In this document: positions 9,950 to 20,947 of the stretch, one piece after another | Numbering within the stretch: position 1 is the stretch's first letter | Layout of the letters: the number at the start of each line of letters is the position of its first letter | Source: Synergistales bacterium | GTDB lineage: Bacteria; Synergistota; Synergistia; Synergistales; JAFGMB01 | NCBI GenBank assembly: GCA_963666205.1 | Contig: OY762654.1 | Coordinates: 1,824,001 to 1,888,000, forward strand | Length of the DNA: 64,000 nucleotides | Direction: 5' to 3' | Position numbers and translations under genes: made by a program | Notes under the pieces: generated by a model | Seen by the model: only the letters and a program-made list of their open reading frames with translations | The model's database searches: none | Told to the model about the DNA's origin: nothing

Positions 9950-11137
9950 TTATTCGTTTCCCCATCTTCGAAGGATAATAATAACGTTAAAAAAAGGAAA
10001 GATCAGTACAATAGAAAAGGCATAAAGAAGCCCCTGGCGGTCTACTACCATCCCCACAAGGGTCATCATCAACCCGCTGAGACCGAAGGCGACTCCCATT
10101 AGAAGAGATGTAGCTGTACTTTTTGATCCGGGAGCAAGTTCCTGTGCCCTGGCAACTAAAAGAGGAGAAGATGAAACCAGTAGTGCGTTTCCAAGCATGA
10201 ACAGAATAAAGGGAATCCAGCCTTCGTAGAACAGCTCAGGGAAAAGCAGCAGGGGTGACATACCCTGGGCGAAGAGTAATACCCTTCTTTTGCCGTAGAT
10301 AAGGGCGGCCTTACCGGCCAGAAGAGGAGACATAACCTTTGCCAGCTGAACGAAAAAAAGTGTTAAACCTACCTTTTCTATACCTCCGCCTCTGAGCACG
10401 ACCAGGAGGGGCAGAAGGAACTTTATTCCGTGATTGGTTATGTCCCTGAGAAATGTAACGGTCCATACGGGCCAGATATCATGAAGGATATCCCTCACTA
10501 TTTTCAGGAAGTTTTTGGATTTTCCAGGTTTATCGATCTTGCCTTTGATAGAGGGGATCAGTATCCAGAACAGAATACCAGTTGCGGTTACAGGTATTAT
10601 CGGGAAAAGATTCAAAGGCAGATCTCTGAAGTGCTTGAAAAGAAAAGCTGCATATAGGGGGCTTAGGGAGCTTCCGAGTATTCCCACCATGCTGAAAAAG
10701 GCCAGTTGCAGGGGTATCTTCTCAATATTTCCAATATATCCTACAGACCCGTGTCCCTGGGGATGAAAAACAGCGCTTCCCAGCCCCCAGATGGAGACAA
10801 GAAGCAGGGCTGTCCCATAGGATGGAGAAGATGGGATAAGCGAAGCACCAAGGGCCGTCAGGACAGGACCCCAGACTATCATAAAAGGGCGGGAACTTGC
10901 ATCCGAAATAAAGCCCAATAATGGTTGAAGGAACATATTGAACAGCCCTGGCAGGGATGTAAGGATACCCGCTTGAGTTACTGAAATACCAAGGTTTTCG
11001 ATCAGAAAGGGTAGAAAGGTCTGCAGAAAAGCTGTATGCAGGTCATTCAGAAAATGCTGAAGGTAAATTAATGAAAGTTTTCTTTGAGTGCCAGGGATAA
11101 CGTTTTGAGAACTGATCAATATGGTCTCCTTGTTCAT
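9950..11137 (-). CDS. MFS transporter (Fsr-like)
   Basis: HFLNDL, QPLLG..SD, GLGSAVFHP motifs; about 12 TM segments. Confidence 0.85.
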   Translation of the reverse strand: MNKETILISSQNVIPGTQRKLSLIYLQHFLNDLHTAFLQTFLPFLIENLGISVTQAGILTSLPGLFNMFLQPLLGFISDASSRPFMIVWGPVLTALGASLIPSSPSYGTALLLVSIWGLGSAVFHPQGHGSVGYIGNIEKIPLQLAFFSMVGILGSSLSPLYAAFLFKHFRDLPLNLFPIIPVTATGILFWILIPSIKGKIDKPGKSKNFLKIVRDILHDIWPVWTVTFLRDITNHGIKFLLPLLVVLRGGGIEKVGLTLFFVQLAKVMSPLLAGKAALIYGKRRVLLFAQGMSPLLLFPELFYEGWIPFILFMLGNALLVSSSPLLVARAQELAPGSKSTATSLLMGVAFGLSGLMMTLVGMVVDRQGLLYAFSIVLIFPFFNVIIILRRWGNE

Positions 11138-11161
11138 AGGTTTTCAGAAGGTGTTGTGAAA

Positions 11162-12346
11162 TTAACTAATGCAGTCCTTTTTAATGGCTTTACTGATCCT
11201 TGTGAGACCTTCTGTTAACGTCGACCTGGGAGTTGCAATGGTCAACCTGGCAAATCCCTCTGTTACCTTGCCGAATTCTGCTCCTCTATTCATTCCTACC
11301 CTTGCTTCATGGACCAGAAAGTCCTGCAGTTTTTCTGAAGACAATCCCAGTTTTCTGAAATCTATAAGAGGGACATATGTGCCTTCAGGTTTTATGAGGT
11401 TTATCCCGGGCATATTCTTTTTCAGAAATTTTTCGGTAAAATTCAGGTTTTCTTCCAGATATTCAATCAATTCTTTCAGCCACTCTTCACCGGAACCGTA
11501 GGCAGCAGCAATTGCTTCCGAACCAAAGACGGTGACCCCTGCAAGGTGCATGCCCGAGATAAGGCTGTTGTATCGTTCCCGGAGATGTTCATCAGGGATA
11601 ACTACTATGGCCGACCGAAATCCGGCAAGGTTGAAAGTCTTGCTGGGTGAAAAACTTGTTATCGTTCTATTTCCGATATCCTCTGAAAGACTTGCTATTG
11701 GGATATGTTTATTCCCTCCATATATGATATCGGAATGAACCTCATCCGATACAATGATGATGTTCTTTTCAAGGCAGATTTCAGCCAGTTCTGTCAGTTC
11801 TTTTTCCCGCCAGACCCTGCCTGAAGGATTATGGGGATTACAGAGGAATAACATCCTTACCCCGGAATCCAGTTTATCTCTCAGGTCATCGAGGTCCATG
11901 GTAAAACGTCCATCATTGAGAACCAAGGTATTATCAACGATCCTTCGGCCATTCTCTTCAATGATATGGTAGAAAGGAGAGTAGATCGGAGACTGTATCA
12001 TGATCCTGTCTCCCGGTCTTGTAAGAGCAAGCATGGAAAAGACAAGGGAAGGTGTTACTCCTGGAGAGTGGCAGATCCATTCTTTCTCTATCTTCCAGCC
12101 ATGGCGGCGCATCATCCAGGAGATTATTACATCATAAAAATCGTCCGGCCTGTTAGGATACCCGAAAATACCATGATCAAGCCTTTTCTGGAGCCGTTCT
12201 ATCACCTCAGGGGGAGCCTGAAAATCCATATCCGCCTTCCACAGGGCCAGAATATCAGGATCACCGAACACTTTTCCGAGATTATCCCATTTCTGACAGG
12301 CCGTATTCTTTCTGTTTATAATCCTGTCAAAGTTGTATTTCCTCAT
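11162..12346 (-). CDS. MalY/PatB family PLP-dependent C-S (cystathionine beta-) lyase
   Basis: KWD, ADMDF, HGIFGY, LCNPHNPSGRVW, SDEVH, SPSKTFNLAG. Confidence 0.92.
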   Translation of the reverse strand: MRKYNFDRIINRKNTACQKWDNLGKVFGDPDILALWKADMDFQAPPEVIERLQKRLDHGIFGYPNRPDDFYDVIISWMMRRHGWKIEKEWICHSPGVTPSLVFSMLALTRPGDRIMIQSPIYSPFYHIIEENGRRIVDNTLVLNDGRFTMDLDDLRDKLDSGVRMLFLCNPHNPSGRVWREKELTELAEICLEKNIIIVSDEVHSDIIYGGNKHIPIASLSEDIGNRTITSFSPSKTFNLAGFRSAIVVIPDEHLRERYNSLISGMHLAGVTVFGSEAIAAAYGSGEEWLKELIEYLEENLNFTEKFLKKNMPGINLIKPEGTYVPLIDFRKLGLSSEKLQDFLVHEARVGMNRGAEFGKVTEGFARLTIATPRSTLTEGLTRISKAIKKDCIS

Positions 12347-12385
12347 AAACGGTGTCCCCCTTTCACAGTAATATCAATTTCTATA

Positions 12386-13762
12386 TCAATTTAAGAATTC
12401 AGTATCGCTGACACACTGTTTCCTGGAAAGAGCTATGACCGCATCAACCTGTTCAGCTGATTTGCCTATATGCTTGGTGTAGTCCATAACTGAATCAAGT
12501 TCTTCTTTTGTTAAATTTGCGCCTATTTCGGGATCTTCCAGAAGGAGTTCTCTGAATGTCTTATTGCCGGTGTTGGCCGCAAGTATGGCATCCCGGATCA
12601 GGTGATGGGCAGTCTGCTTTCCCATTTTTTCCCCGAGATGGAACATTAGGGCTTCTGAAAAGAGCATTCCGTGGAGCATGTCCAGATTCTCGCTTATCCT
12701 GGGTTCATTAATATCGAGACCTTCAACGACAACAGTACATGCCTGCAGGGCTTTTGCCATCATGATGCTGCTTTCGGGGATGGAATGCCAGTCAAGTCTC
12801 CAGCTCCGGGTGTCCCTCTCGTGTTCAGCTATCATTCCCTGAAGGCCAAGGCTGGCATTATTCATTATCACCCTGGTCATGGCTACTACGAATTCAGATG
12901 TTTCGGCATTCCTCTTATGGGGCATGGTGCTGCTGCCGACATAGTGTTTGCCCAGAGGTTCCTGAAGTTCAAGGATCTCTGTTCTGCTCAACTGGTAGAT
13001 CTCATTCGCAATTCTCCCTATAGTTCCGGCAATAATGCCGAGGAGGGACTGGTATTCTGCAAAGTTATCCCTGGAACTTCCCCATCCGGTAACGGGGACT
13101 TCAAGGGCTAATCTCTCCATGACACCCTCTATAATTGGGTAGGCCTTTTCTCCCAGACCGGCCATGGTTCCTGTTCCGCCATGAAGCATTCCCACGAACA
13201 GCCTTTGACTGGTATCCTTCATCCGTTCAATATCCCGTCTGACCTCTGCGGCCCAGCCGGCGAACTTGAGTCCGAGTGTTATGGGCAGACCCTGCTGGTT
13301 ATGGGTCCTGCCTGCCATGGGGAAGGCCTTGTATCGATCTGCCAGTTCCAGAATTGCCTTTTCAAGTCTGCAGAGATCTCTGAAAATGATACGGAAGGCA
13401 TCCTTTATCTCAAGGACCATTCCTGTATCCTCTATATCCTGGGTAGTTGGTCCGTAATGAATATATTCACCTAGGGAACCATCGCATATCTTCTGTACTG
13501 CACGAAGAAGGGGGACCAGGGAGTGTCCTGTCTGGGCGAGACCTTCCTTCACAAAATCCAGGTCCAGAAGTTCCACTTTGGCTTTTTTTGCGATCTCATC
13601 AGCTGCTTCTGAAGGAATTATTCCAAGCCCTGCCTGGACTTCTGCCAGTACGATCTCGATATCCAGCCATCTCTGGTATCTTTTCCTGTCGGAAAAGACA
13701 TTGCGCATCTCCTCCGTGCCCCATCCATTTTTATAAAATTCCGAATCAATAATATGTGCCAT
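12386..13762 (-). CDS. Adenylosuccinate lyase-like (fumarase/aspartase superfamily) C-X lyase, probably not PurB
   Basis: HYGPTTQD, GRTH, signature GSSTMPHKRN, EHERD..SW...W..IPE, GKQTAHH. Catabolic context. Confidence 0.85.
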   Translation of the reverse strand: MAHIIDSEFYKNGWGTEEMRNVFSDRKRYQRWLDIEIVLAEVQAGLGIIPSEAADEIAKKAKVELLDLDFVKEGLAQTGHSLVPLLRAVQKICDGSLGEYIHYGPTTQDIEDTGMVLEIKDAFRIIFRDLCRLEKAILELADRYKAFPMAGRTHNQQGLPITLGLKFAGWAAEVRRDIERMKDTSQRLFVGMLHGGTGTMAGLGEKAYPIIEGVMERLALEVPVTGWGSSRDNFAEYQSLLGIIAGTIGRIANEIYQLSRTEILELQEPLGKHYVGSSTMPHKRNAETSEFVVAMTRVIMNNASLGLQGMIAEHERDTRSWRLDWHSIPESSIMMAKALQACTVVVEGLDINEPRISENLDMLHGMLFSEALMFHLGEKMGKQTAHHLIRDAILAANTGNKTFRELLLEDPEIGANLTKEELDSVMDYTKHIGKSAEQVDAVIALSRKQCVSDTEFLN

Positions 13763-13795
13763 TTTTACAACTCCTCCATGTACTTGTTTTTCTTT

Positions 13796-15160
13796 TTACA
13801 GGATGCCTGAAACTTCAGGCATGTATAGTCCTTTGTAGGTTCTCATCTGATCCAGGGTGTAGATCCGGTTCAGGATCCTTTCCCTTTCTTCTTTTTCAAG
13901 GATTTGAGAGGTGAGTTCCGTAAACTTGTCAGTCATGGAAGTCTTGTCCATTGGGTTCTCGGGGTCACCTTTCCTGAATCGGTTCTCAGCGCTCAGGACA
14001 GTTCCATCCTTGAGAGTTACCGAGATACCACAGGGTCTGCAGGCGGGGAAGAGTCTGTCCAGCTCCGGATCGAATATGAGTTCTATTTTTGACATAAGAT
14101 CCCTGATAACAGGGTCCTGGAGATCCTTCTCCGAAAGATTGGTAAAGGTTATATCCTTTTTTGTAATAAGGGCGGCCATGCAGAAGGGATTGCTGAATTT
14201 AGCCTCTTCAAAGGAAGAGGGGTCTGTAATTCCAGCTACATCGATGGCTTTCTGGTAAACCCTTGCTTCGATCTTTTCTATTTCTTCGGGTATCAGGTCA
14301 TGGGTTTCCATGATCTTTTTCACTGCATCTATCATGCTATGGGTCTGGCCGCAGGTGGGATATCCCTTGAAATTAACTTCATCGACCTTGAAATGCGAAC
14401 CCAGTCTGTCTGCCAGGTATAAAAGGTCATAACTTGGAGATACTGACCTGCAGAATCCTTTTTCGCCTTCAAAAATATGTTCCGGCCCCTCGATTCCCTG
14501 GGAAGCAAGTTCAGCGGCGATAATACCGTTAAAAACCGCTTTGCCCGGATGGAAGGCTTTTGCCATAACTGCACCATCAAGAAGAAACTGCCAGAGACCG
14601 GCAGCCTGGGTCCCGGTATGTCCAAGGGTCCAGACGATCTCCTCTTCGCTCAGTTTCAGCATTTTTGCAGCAGCAGCAGCAGCGCCGAAAGTTCCGGCTG
14701 TCGCCGTAGTGTGCCATATGGAGTAATGGTCCTTGCCAAGACATTCTCCTACCCTGATGGCCAGATCATACGCGCAGACAGCGGCCTCGATCATCTCTTT
14801 TCCGGAGGAAGAGAGTTTTTCCGCATAGGCAAAAACCACAGGAAGGACAACTGTTCCAATGTGCATTATGGACATCCTGTGACCGTCATCAACTTCGGTT
14901 ATATGGCCCAGGCATGCATTCGCAAAGGCTGCCCAGGGAAGGGTGGTCTTTTTCCCGGAACCGATGATGGTGCTGTATCCTTCCCCGCCCATTCTGGAAG
15001 CAAAATCCAGGTATGATGTGGAAAGGTCATTCGTATATGAATTGTAGACTGCAGCAAGCCAGTCGGTAAAACAGTGCTCTGTTTTAAGTATTGTATTTTC
15101 AGGTAGTTTATCTAATTCCAGGCTTGAAATATATCTTGCAAACTGTCGGGAATAACTCAT
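13796..15160 (-). CDS. MmgE/PrpD family protein
   Basis: AAFAN..LGH..EVDDGH, WHTTAT.G, K.FHPG, FEGEKG, K.YPTCG..H, AKFS, KGDPENPM. Confidence 0.9.
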   Translation of the reverse strand: MSYSRQFARYISSLELDKLPENTILKTEHCFTDWLAAVYNSYTNDLSTSYLDFASRMGGEGYSTIIGSGKKTTLPWAAFANACLGHITEVDDGHRMSIMHIGTVVLPVVFAYAEKLSSSGKEMIEAAVCAYDLAIRVGECLGKDHYSIWHTTATAGTFGAAAAAAKMLKLSEEEIVWTLGHTGTQAAGLWQFLLDGAVMAKAFHPGKAVFNGIIAAELASQGIEGPEHIFEGEKGFCRSVSPSYDLLYLADRLGSHFKVDEVNFKGYPTCGQTHSMIDAVKKIMETHDLIPEEIEKIEARVYQKAIDVAGITDPSSFEEAKFSNPFCMAALITKKDITFTNLSEKDLQDPVIRDLMSKIELIFDPELDRLFPACRPCGISVTLKDGTVLSAENRFRKGDPENPMDKTSMTDKFTELTSQILEKEERERILNRIYTLDQMRTYKGLYMPEVSGIL

Positions 15161-15176
15161 TTTGATCTCTATCCCT

Positions 15177-16559
15177 TTAACCTGGAAAGACCATTTTTTC
15201 GGGCTTCAGGTATTTATTGAATTCTTCTTCCGTCATATAGCCAAGGGCCATAGCAGATTCCTTCAGGGTGGAACCTTCCTTATGGGCTTTTTTGGCAATC
15301 TCTGCTGCCCTGTCATAGCCGATGTGAGGGGTCAGTGCAGTTACGAGCATGAGTGATTCATTAAGGTATTTCTCAATTCTGTTCCTGTCAGCTTCTATTC
15401 CCCTGACTGCATTTTTCTCGAAGGAAGCCATTACATCAGTGAGCAGGCGACATGACTGAAGGAAGTTGTAAATGATCACAGGCATGAATACATTGAGCTC
15501 GAAGTTGCCCTGGCTGGCAGCCATACCGATAGCTGCATCGTTACCCATTACCTGGACCGAAACCATTGTTACGGCTTCGCACTGGGTGGGATTTACCTTT
15601 CCAGGCATGATGGAACTGCCCGGTTCGTTGGCTGGTATGGTTATCTCCCCAAGTCCGCAGCGGGGTCCGGAGGCAAGCCAGCGGACATCGTTAGCGATCT
15701 TCATGAGGTCAGCAGCGAGTGCCTTCAGGGCTCCATGGGCAAAGACCATCTCATCCTTGCTTGTCAGGGAATGGAACTTGTTGGGAGCCGTTCGGAACTG
15801 TTTCCCAGTCAGTTCAGAAATTTCTCCGGCTACGGATGTACCGAATTCAGGATGGGAATTCAGACCGGTTCCCACGGCTGTTCCACCAAGGGCAAGATCT
15901 TTCAGGAAATCCACACTGTTAAGGATCATTTCCCTGCTTCTCTCCAGCATCCTTACCCAGCCGCTGATCTCCTGACCAAGGGTCAGAGGGGTCGCATCCT
16001 GCAGGTGTGTCCTTCCTGTCTTTATGATGTCCGAAAATTCCAGGGACTTGTCCTGAAATGTTTTCAGGAGCCTGTCAAGAGAGGGGAGCAGTTCATCCTC
16101 AATCACCATTACAGCGGCCAGGTGCATGGCTGTTGGAAAGGTATCGTTGGAACTCTGGGATCTGTTCACATGATCATTCGGATGGATCTGGAGATCATTT
16201 TCACATATTTCCGAAGCTCTTCTGGAAAGGACTTCGTTCATGTTCATGTTTGACTGGGTACCGCTGCCCGTCTGCCATACTGCCAGGGGGAAATTGCCAT
16301 CCAGCTTTCCTTCCAGAACTTCATCAGCAGCCCTGCATATGGCATCAGCCCTTGCCTCATCGACAAGACCAAGGGACGCATTAGCTTTTGCCGCAGCTTT
16401 TTTTAGAATTGCAAAGGCCCGGATGACCTCATGAGGCATTTTTTCAATACCTATTTCGAAATTCTGCAGACTTCTCTGGGTCTGGGCTCCCCATAATTTA
16501 TCCGAAGGTACCCTGATTTCTCCCATGGAATCCTTCTCAATTCTGTAATTACCTTCCAA
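15177..16559 (-). CDS. fumC: Class II fumarate hydratase
   Basis: [55 protein letters not shown] start. Confidence 0.96.
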   Translation of the reverse strand: MEGNYRIEKDSMGEIRVPSDKLWGAQTQRSLQNFEIGIEKMPHEVIRAFAILKKAAAKANASLGLVDEARADAICRAADEVLEGKLDGNFPLAVWQTGSGTQSNMNMNEVLSRRASEICENDLQIHPNDHVNRSQSSNDTFPTAMHLAAVMVIEDELLPSLDRLLKTFQDKSLEFSDIIKTGRTHLQDATPLTLGQEISGWVRMLERSREMILNSVDFLKDLALGGTAVGTGLNSHPEFGTSVAGEISELTGKQFRTAPNKFHSLTSKDEMVFAHGALKALAADLMKIANDVRWLASGPRCGLGEITIPANEPGSSIMPGKVNPTQCEAVTMVSVQVMGNDAAIGMAASQGNFELNVFMPVIIYNFLQSCRLLTDVMASFEKNAVRGIEADRNRIEKYLNESLMLVTALTPHIGYDRAAEIAKKAHKEGSTLKESAMALGYMTEEEFNKYLKPEKMVFPG

Positions 16560-16586
16560 AATAAGTCCCTCCTTCAGATATTATCT

Positions 16587-17774
16587 TCAGATCCGTGCTG
16601 TACCAGTTTTTCTTGCGGCTTCCGCAACAGCTCTGGCAACGGCAGGGACAACCCTTTCGTCAAGGGCTCCCGGAATAATATATTCGGCATTGAGTTCTTC
16701 ATCAGAGACGAGTTCGGCAAGGGCCTTTGATGCAGCAAGTTTCATTTCCTCGTTTATATCAGAAGCTCTGACATCGAGGGTTCCCCTGAAAATACCCGGG
16801 AATCCGAGGCAGTTGTTGATCTGATTGGGGAAATCGCTTCTTCCGGTCGCAATAACCGCAGCTCCGGCTTCCTTTGCATCTTCAGGGAAAATCTCTGGTG
16901 TGGGATTAGCCATGGCGAAGATAATCGGTTTTTCTGCCATTTCTTTGACCATTTCTGTTGTCAGAAGACCGGGGGCAGAAATTCCGAGGAACACATCCGC
17001 TCCCTTCAGAACATCGGCAAGAGAACCTTTAAGCCTGTGGGGGTTCGTTTCCCGGGCGATTTCTTCCTTTGCCCAGTTCATGTTCTCTTCTCTTCCATCG
17101 TAAAGGGCTCCGGCCCTGTCACAGAGAACGACATCCTTCGCACCGGCGGACATGAGGAATTTACAGATGGCAGTACCGGCAGCTCCAGCCCCGCTCATTA
17201 TGATCCTGCAGTCCTCGATCTTCTTGCCAACTATTTTCAGAGCATTCCACAAGCCTGCCAGGACGATAACCGCTGTGCCATGCTGGTCATCATGAAAAAC
17301 AGGAATATTGGAAATTTCCTTGAGTTTCCTCTCTATCTCGAAACATCTTGGTGCTGCAATATCCTCCAGGTTTATTCCGCCGAAGGAAGAAGTAATAAGG
17401 CTGGAGATCTCCACGATCTTGTCTGGTTCCTGTGAGTCAATACATATCGGGAAGGCATCTATTCCTGCAAAACGCTTGAATAGGACGCACTTGCCCTCCA
17501 TTACAGGCAGAGAGGCGTCTGCTCCTATATTGCCCAGTCCCAGGACTGCGCTTCCATCGCTTATTACTGCCACCATGTTGGCCTTTGATGTAACTTCGTA
17601 AACTGCTTCAGGCCGGTTATGTATCTCCCGGCATGGCTCTGCCACTCCCGGAGTGTAGGCTATTGAAAGATCGTGCATGGTTTCAACGGACATTCTGGAT
17701 TCAACTGAAAGTTTACCCTTACTTTTCACATGAGCTTCAAGAGCTTCCTTGAAGATGGCTTCTTTTTTAGCCAA
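16587..17774 (-). CDS. NAD(P)-dependent malic enzyme
   Basis: YTPGVA, VMEGK, INLEDI, FHDDQHGT, GAGAAG, ATGRSDFPNQINN. Confidence 0.94.
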   Translation of the reverse strand: MAKKEAIFKEALEAHVKSKGKLSVESRMSVETMHDLSIAYTPGVAEPCREIHNRPEAVYEVTSKANMVAVISDGSAVLGLGNIGADASLPVMEGKCVLFKRFAGIDAFPICIDSQEPDKIVEISSLITSSFGGINLEDIAAPRCFEIERKLKEISNIPVFHDDQHGTAVIVLAGLWNALKIVGKKIEDCRIIMSGAGAAGTAICKFLMSAGAKDVVLCDRAGALYDGREENMNWAKEEIARETNPHRLKGSLADVLKGADVFLGISAPGLLTTEMVKEMAEKPIIFAMANPTPEIFPEDAKEAGAAVIATGRSDFPNQINNCLGFPGIFRGTLDVRASDINEEMKLAASKALAELVSDEELNAEYIIPGALDERVVPAVARAVAEAARKTGTARI

Positions 17775-17797
17775 GGTATTTCATCTCCCTTATATAT

Positions 17798-19291
17798 TTA
17801 TCGAACCCTGTGCCACACGAATTTGATCACGGGTGCAAGGGCAAAAAGCGCTGCTGCGACAAGCATAACCAGGCTTATGGGTCTCTGCAGAAAGATAAGG
17901 AAAGATCCCTTCGAAAGGACCAGACTCTGGTAGAGACCTCTTTCCATCATTGAACCAAGGACCATGGCCAGGATGAGGGGTGAATGGGGCAGATCCAGTT
18001 TATTGAAAATGTAACCCACCACACCAAAGAAAAGCATAACCCAGATATTGAAAATGCTGTTTCCTACAGCAAAGGCTCCGGTAACGCAAAGAAGGGCTAT
18101 GACTCCTGACAGTACAGCTCGAGGGATTTTGAAAATAACTCCGGAAAGGAATTTCCCGAGCATAATTCCGAGGGGTCCCATTATCAGGTTAGCAACAAAA
18201 AAGCCCACAATGATCAGGTAGGCTATATCTGGAGAATTCTGGAAAAGAGAAGGTCCTGGCCTTAATCCCTGTATCATAAGGGCACCAAGGAAAAGAGCCG
18301 ATGTGGAATTGCCGGGAACACCCAGGGAGAGCAGTGGTACCATGGAACTTGCTACAACAGCATTATTGGCGGCTTCTGGAGCAGCCACACCCTCGGGAAT
18401 TCCCGTTCCGAATTTCTTGTCTTTGTTGGAACGGACAGCCTGGTCGTAGGCAAAATAGATGGCCATGATCATTCCTGCACCTGGTATGACTCCAATGATA
18501 TTGCCTATGGCTGAAGATTTGATCCAGGTGGGCATAAGCCTTTTCACCATCTGTCTGTTCGGGAGGACCCTTGTGATCTTTGGAATAGGTCCTTCTGCGG
18601 CAAGGTTTGCTCCAACGGTTTTGATGGATTCAGCCACTTCAAGGACAGAGGTAACGCCAAAAAGGCCTATAAGCATGGGGATGAAGGGTATCCCTTCAAG
18701 GAGATAGGGGTTCTCGAAGTAGAAACGGGGGTATCCCGTCTGGGGGCTCATTCCTATGGTGGAGATCAGAAGGCCGATGGCGCAGACGATAAGACTTTTT
18801 AGAACCTTGTTGCCCGACATCCCTGCTACTGTACTGAGGCCAAGAATTGCCAGGGCAAAATATTCGGGAGGGCCGAATTTAAGGGCATAACTTGCAAGAA
18901 CAGGAGCAAGGAACATTAATATGAGAGAGCTTGTCAAACCTCCGAATACAGAACTGGTGGTTGATATGCCAAGGGCCAGTCCTGCTTCACCCTTCTGAGT
19001 CATGGGATAACCATCCAGAGTCGTTACGACGGAAGAAGCGGTACCTGGTATCTTTAATAGTATGGCCGGTATCGACCCCCCGTAACAGGCGGAACAATAA
19101 ACACCTACCAGCAGAGCGAAGGCCTGCTGAGGCTCCATGGAAAAGGTTACAGGAATGAGAACGGCCAGGGTGATAGTGTCATTGAGGCCTGGCAGTGAAC
19201 CTACTATCAGGCCGAGGACCACCCCGAAGAATAGAAAAGCGAACACTGATGGATGCAAAAGATCCAGAAATGCGCCGAGGATGTGCTCCAT
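17798..19291 (-). CDS. tctA: TTT large permease TctA
   Basis: GSLPGL, YGGSIPAILLKIPGT, FGPPEYF, PEAANNA, GVPG. Confidence 0.93.
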   Translation of the reverse strand: MEHILGAFLDLLHPSVFAFLFFGVVLGLIVGSLPGLNDTITLAVLIPVTFSMEPQQAFALLVGVYCSACYGGSIPAILLKIPGTASSVVTTLDGYPMTQKGEAGLALGISTTSSVFGGLTSSLILMFLAPVLASYALKFGPPEYFALAILGLSTVAGMSGNKVLKSLIVCAIGLLISTIGMSPQTGYPRFYFENPYLLEGIPFIPMLIGLFGVTSVLEVAESIKTVGANLAAEGPIPKITRVLPNRQMVKRLMPTWIKSSAIGNIIGVIPGAGMIMAIYFAYDQAVRSNKDKKFGTGIPEGVAAPEAANNAVVASSMVPLLSLGVPGNSTSALFLGALMIQGLRPGPSLFQNSPDIAYLIIVGFFVANLIMGPLGIMLGKFLSGVIFKIPRAVLSGVIALLCVTGAFAVGNSIFNIWVMLFFGVVGYIFNKLDLPHSPLILAMVLGSMMERGLYQSLVLSKGSFLIFLQRPISLVMLVAAALFALAPVIKFVWHRVR

Positions 19292-19389
19292 TTATAAATC
19301 CTCCTAGAGATCAGAATTAATTCGTAAAATCTTTTTCCCGAATATGGAGAAAAAGTAATTCTCTCGATTATTAAAGGTTTGCTTAAGAG

Positions 19390-19836
19390 CTAACCTTCCA
19401 GGAACAGACCTGGAGGCAAAGGAACCCCCAGCACTATTTTGAATGCAACATAAACTGCCAGTACACATCCTGCTGTGGTAAGAACCAGCGCCACTTTTTT
19501 TGAAAAACCGAGAAAGGATATAAGGAATAAAAGAAGTAAGAAAGACGAAACAAGATATCCTGCATATTTTAATGCAATGGTGTATACTCCTATCCCTGCC
19601 ACCACAATAAATACACCCTTCATTGAGGAAAAATCAGTTTCCTTTTCAGCATCTGTAACTCTCGTTACTACTATCGATTTGATAAGCAGAGCAAGAGAAA
19701 GCCCCCCAAGAACCAAAGCAAGTCTTGTGGGGAAATGTGACGCTATATCTGGATATTCCTTGGAAACAATAAATGTAGAAAGACTTATAACCAGTAACGT
19801 TACTGCTAAAATAGAATCTTTCAGCCAGTTTTTCAT
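19390..19836 (-). CDS. tctB: TTT small permease TctB
   Basis: Hydrophobic 148 aa, FP, GY..S, C-terminal LGVPLPPG. Confidence 0.85.
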   Translation of the reverse strand: MKNWLKDSILAVTLLVISLSTFIVSKEYPDIASHFPTRLALVLGGLSLALLIKSIVVTRVTDAEKETDFSSMKGVFIVVAGIGVYTIALKYAGYLVSSFLLLLFLISFLGFSKKVALVLTTAGCVLAVYVAFKIVLGVPLPPGLFLEG

Positions 19837-19920
19837 CTCTAAACCCCCGAAAAATCAAAAGATCACAAAAAAGAGAAGTGGACCCTGAATTTTCAAGGTC
19901 CACAATATTAAATACTGGAA

Positions 19921-20874
19921 CTAGTTCTTATTCAGAGTTGGGATTACTTTCTGCAGGTCTTCGGCTACAATCTCTACGTATGCAGCGAAATCAGCACCAT
20001 TACGGTAAACGACGGGGAATCCTGCCTTTTCCATACTGGCTGCATAGTCAGGGTCAGCTATTATGTCCTTGAATATTTTATCAAGGGCCTGAACTGTTTC
20101 ATCGGGGGTGTCGCCAGGAACGGCAAGACCTCTGAAGGCGCCCCATTCAAGATCAAAACCAGCTTCCTTGAAAGTGGGGACTTCTGGTACATTGGGATCT
20201 CTTTCAGCAACTGCAACTGCGAGTGCCCTTAGAGTACCATCTTTCACATAACTTGTAGCTTCTCCCATTGCCATCATACCCGCATCCACATGTCCGCCAA
20301 GGAGCTGCTGAAGCTGCATGGCGGCACTCTCGTTGTGGACATAGCCGAATTTGACTCCAAGTTTGGATTCCATAATAAGAGATGCAATGTGATGGGAGGT
20401 GGAATATCCTGGAGTAGCTACACTGAGTTCCTTTTCTTTTGCCGCATTGATCAGATCCTCCAGAGTTTTGTAGGGGGAATCGGCCGGAACCATAAGGATC
20501 TCGGGGTCGAAACAGTACATGGCTATGGTCTTGAAGGACTTATGGGTATAGGTTGTTTTTTTGGTCATAGGATTGGAAACAACGGAAGAAGTATACGCAA
20601 GGATAGTGTATCCGTCCGGTTTGGCCTTTGATACAAAAGTGTGGCCGATGACTGCTCCGCCTCCGGGCATATTCTCAACGATGATCTTCTTGTCTCCAAG
20701 ATATTTAGGAGCCACTTCTGCGAGCATCCTGCATGTTGTGTCAACTCCGCCGCCTGGTGCAAAGGGAACGATTATTTTAAGGTTCTTTTCCGGGAAAGTA
20801 CCCGCAAAAGCTCCTGCAGTACCAACTAACACCAGACACATAACCGCGATAATACCGATAACTGTTTTCCTCAT
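19921..20874 (-). CDS. tctC: TTT substrate-binding protein TctC
   Basis: FPEKNLKIIVPFAPGGGVD, ENMPGGG, KPDGYT, LGGHVD. Start at ATG 20874 (SD GAGGAG). Confidence 0.92.
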   Translation of the reverse strand: MRKTVIGIIAVMCLVLVGTAGAFAGTFPEKNLKIIVPFAPGGGVDTTCRMLAEVAPKYLGDKKIIVENMPGGGAVIGHTFVSKAKPDGYTILAYTSSVVSNPMTKKTTYTHKSFKTIAMYCFDPEILMVPADSPYKTLEDLINAAKEKELSVATPGYSTSHHIASLIMESKLGVKFGYVHNESAAMQLQQLLGGHVDAGMMAMGEATSYVKDGTLRALAVAVAERDPNVPEVPTFKEAGFDLEWGAFRGLAVPGDTPDETVQALDKIFKDIIADPDYAASMEKAGFPVVYRNGADFAAYVEIVAEDLQKVIPTLNKN

Positions 20875-20947
20875 TTTTCTATCTCCTCTCGATTTTGTCT
20901 TTATTTTTTGTAACTTATTGCACATCTGAATAGAATTACAAAGGATC

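Noticed and set aside
12386-13762. Calling this gene purB
   Set aside because: It has the superfamily signature, but the context is catabolic and the motifs (GRTHNQQG, EHERD..SW) fit the non-PurB branch better. A phylogeny is needed.
13796-15160. Methylcitrate cycle (prpD with the two prpB-like genes)
   Set aside because: No methylcitrate synthase or aconitase is present, and the lyases are 25-40 kb away in separate units.
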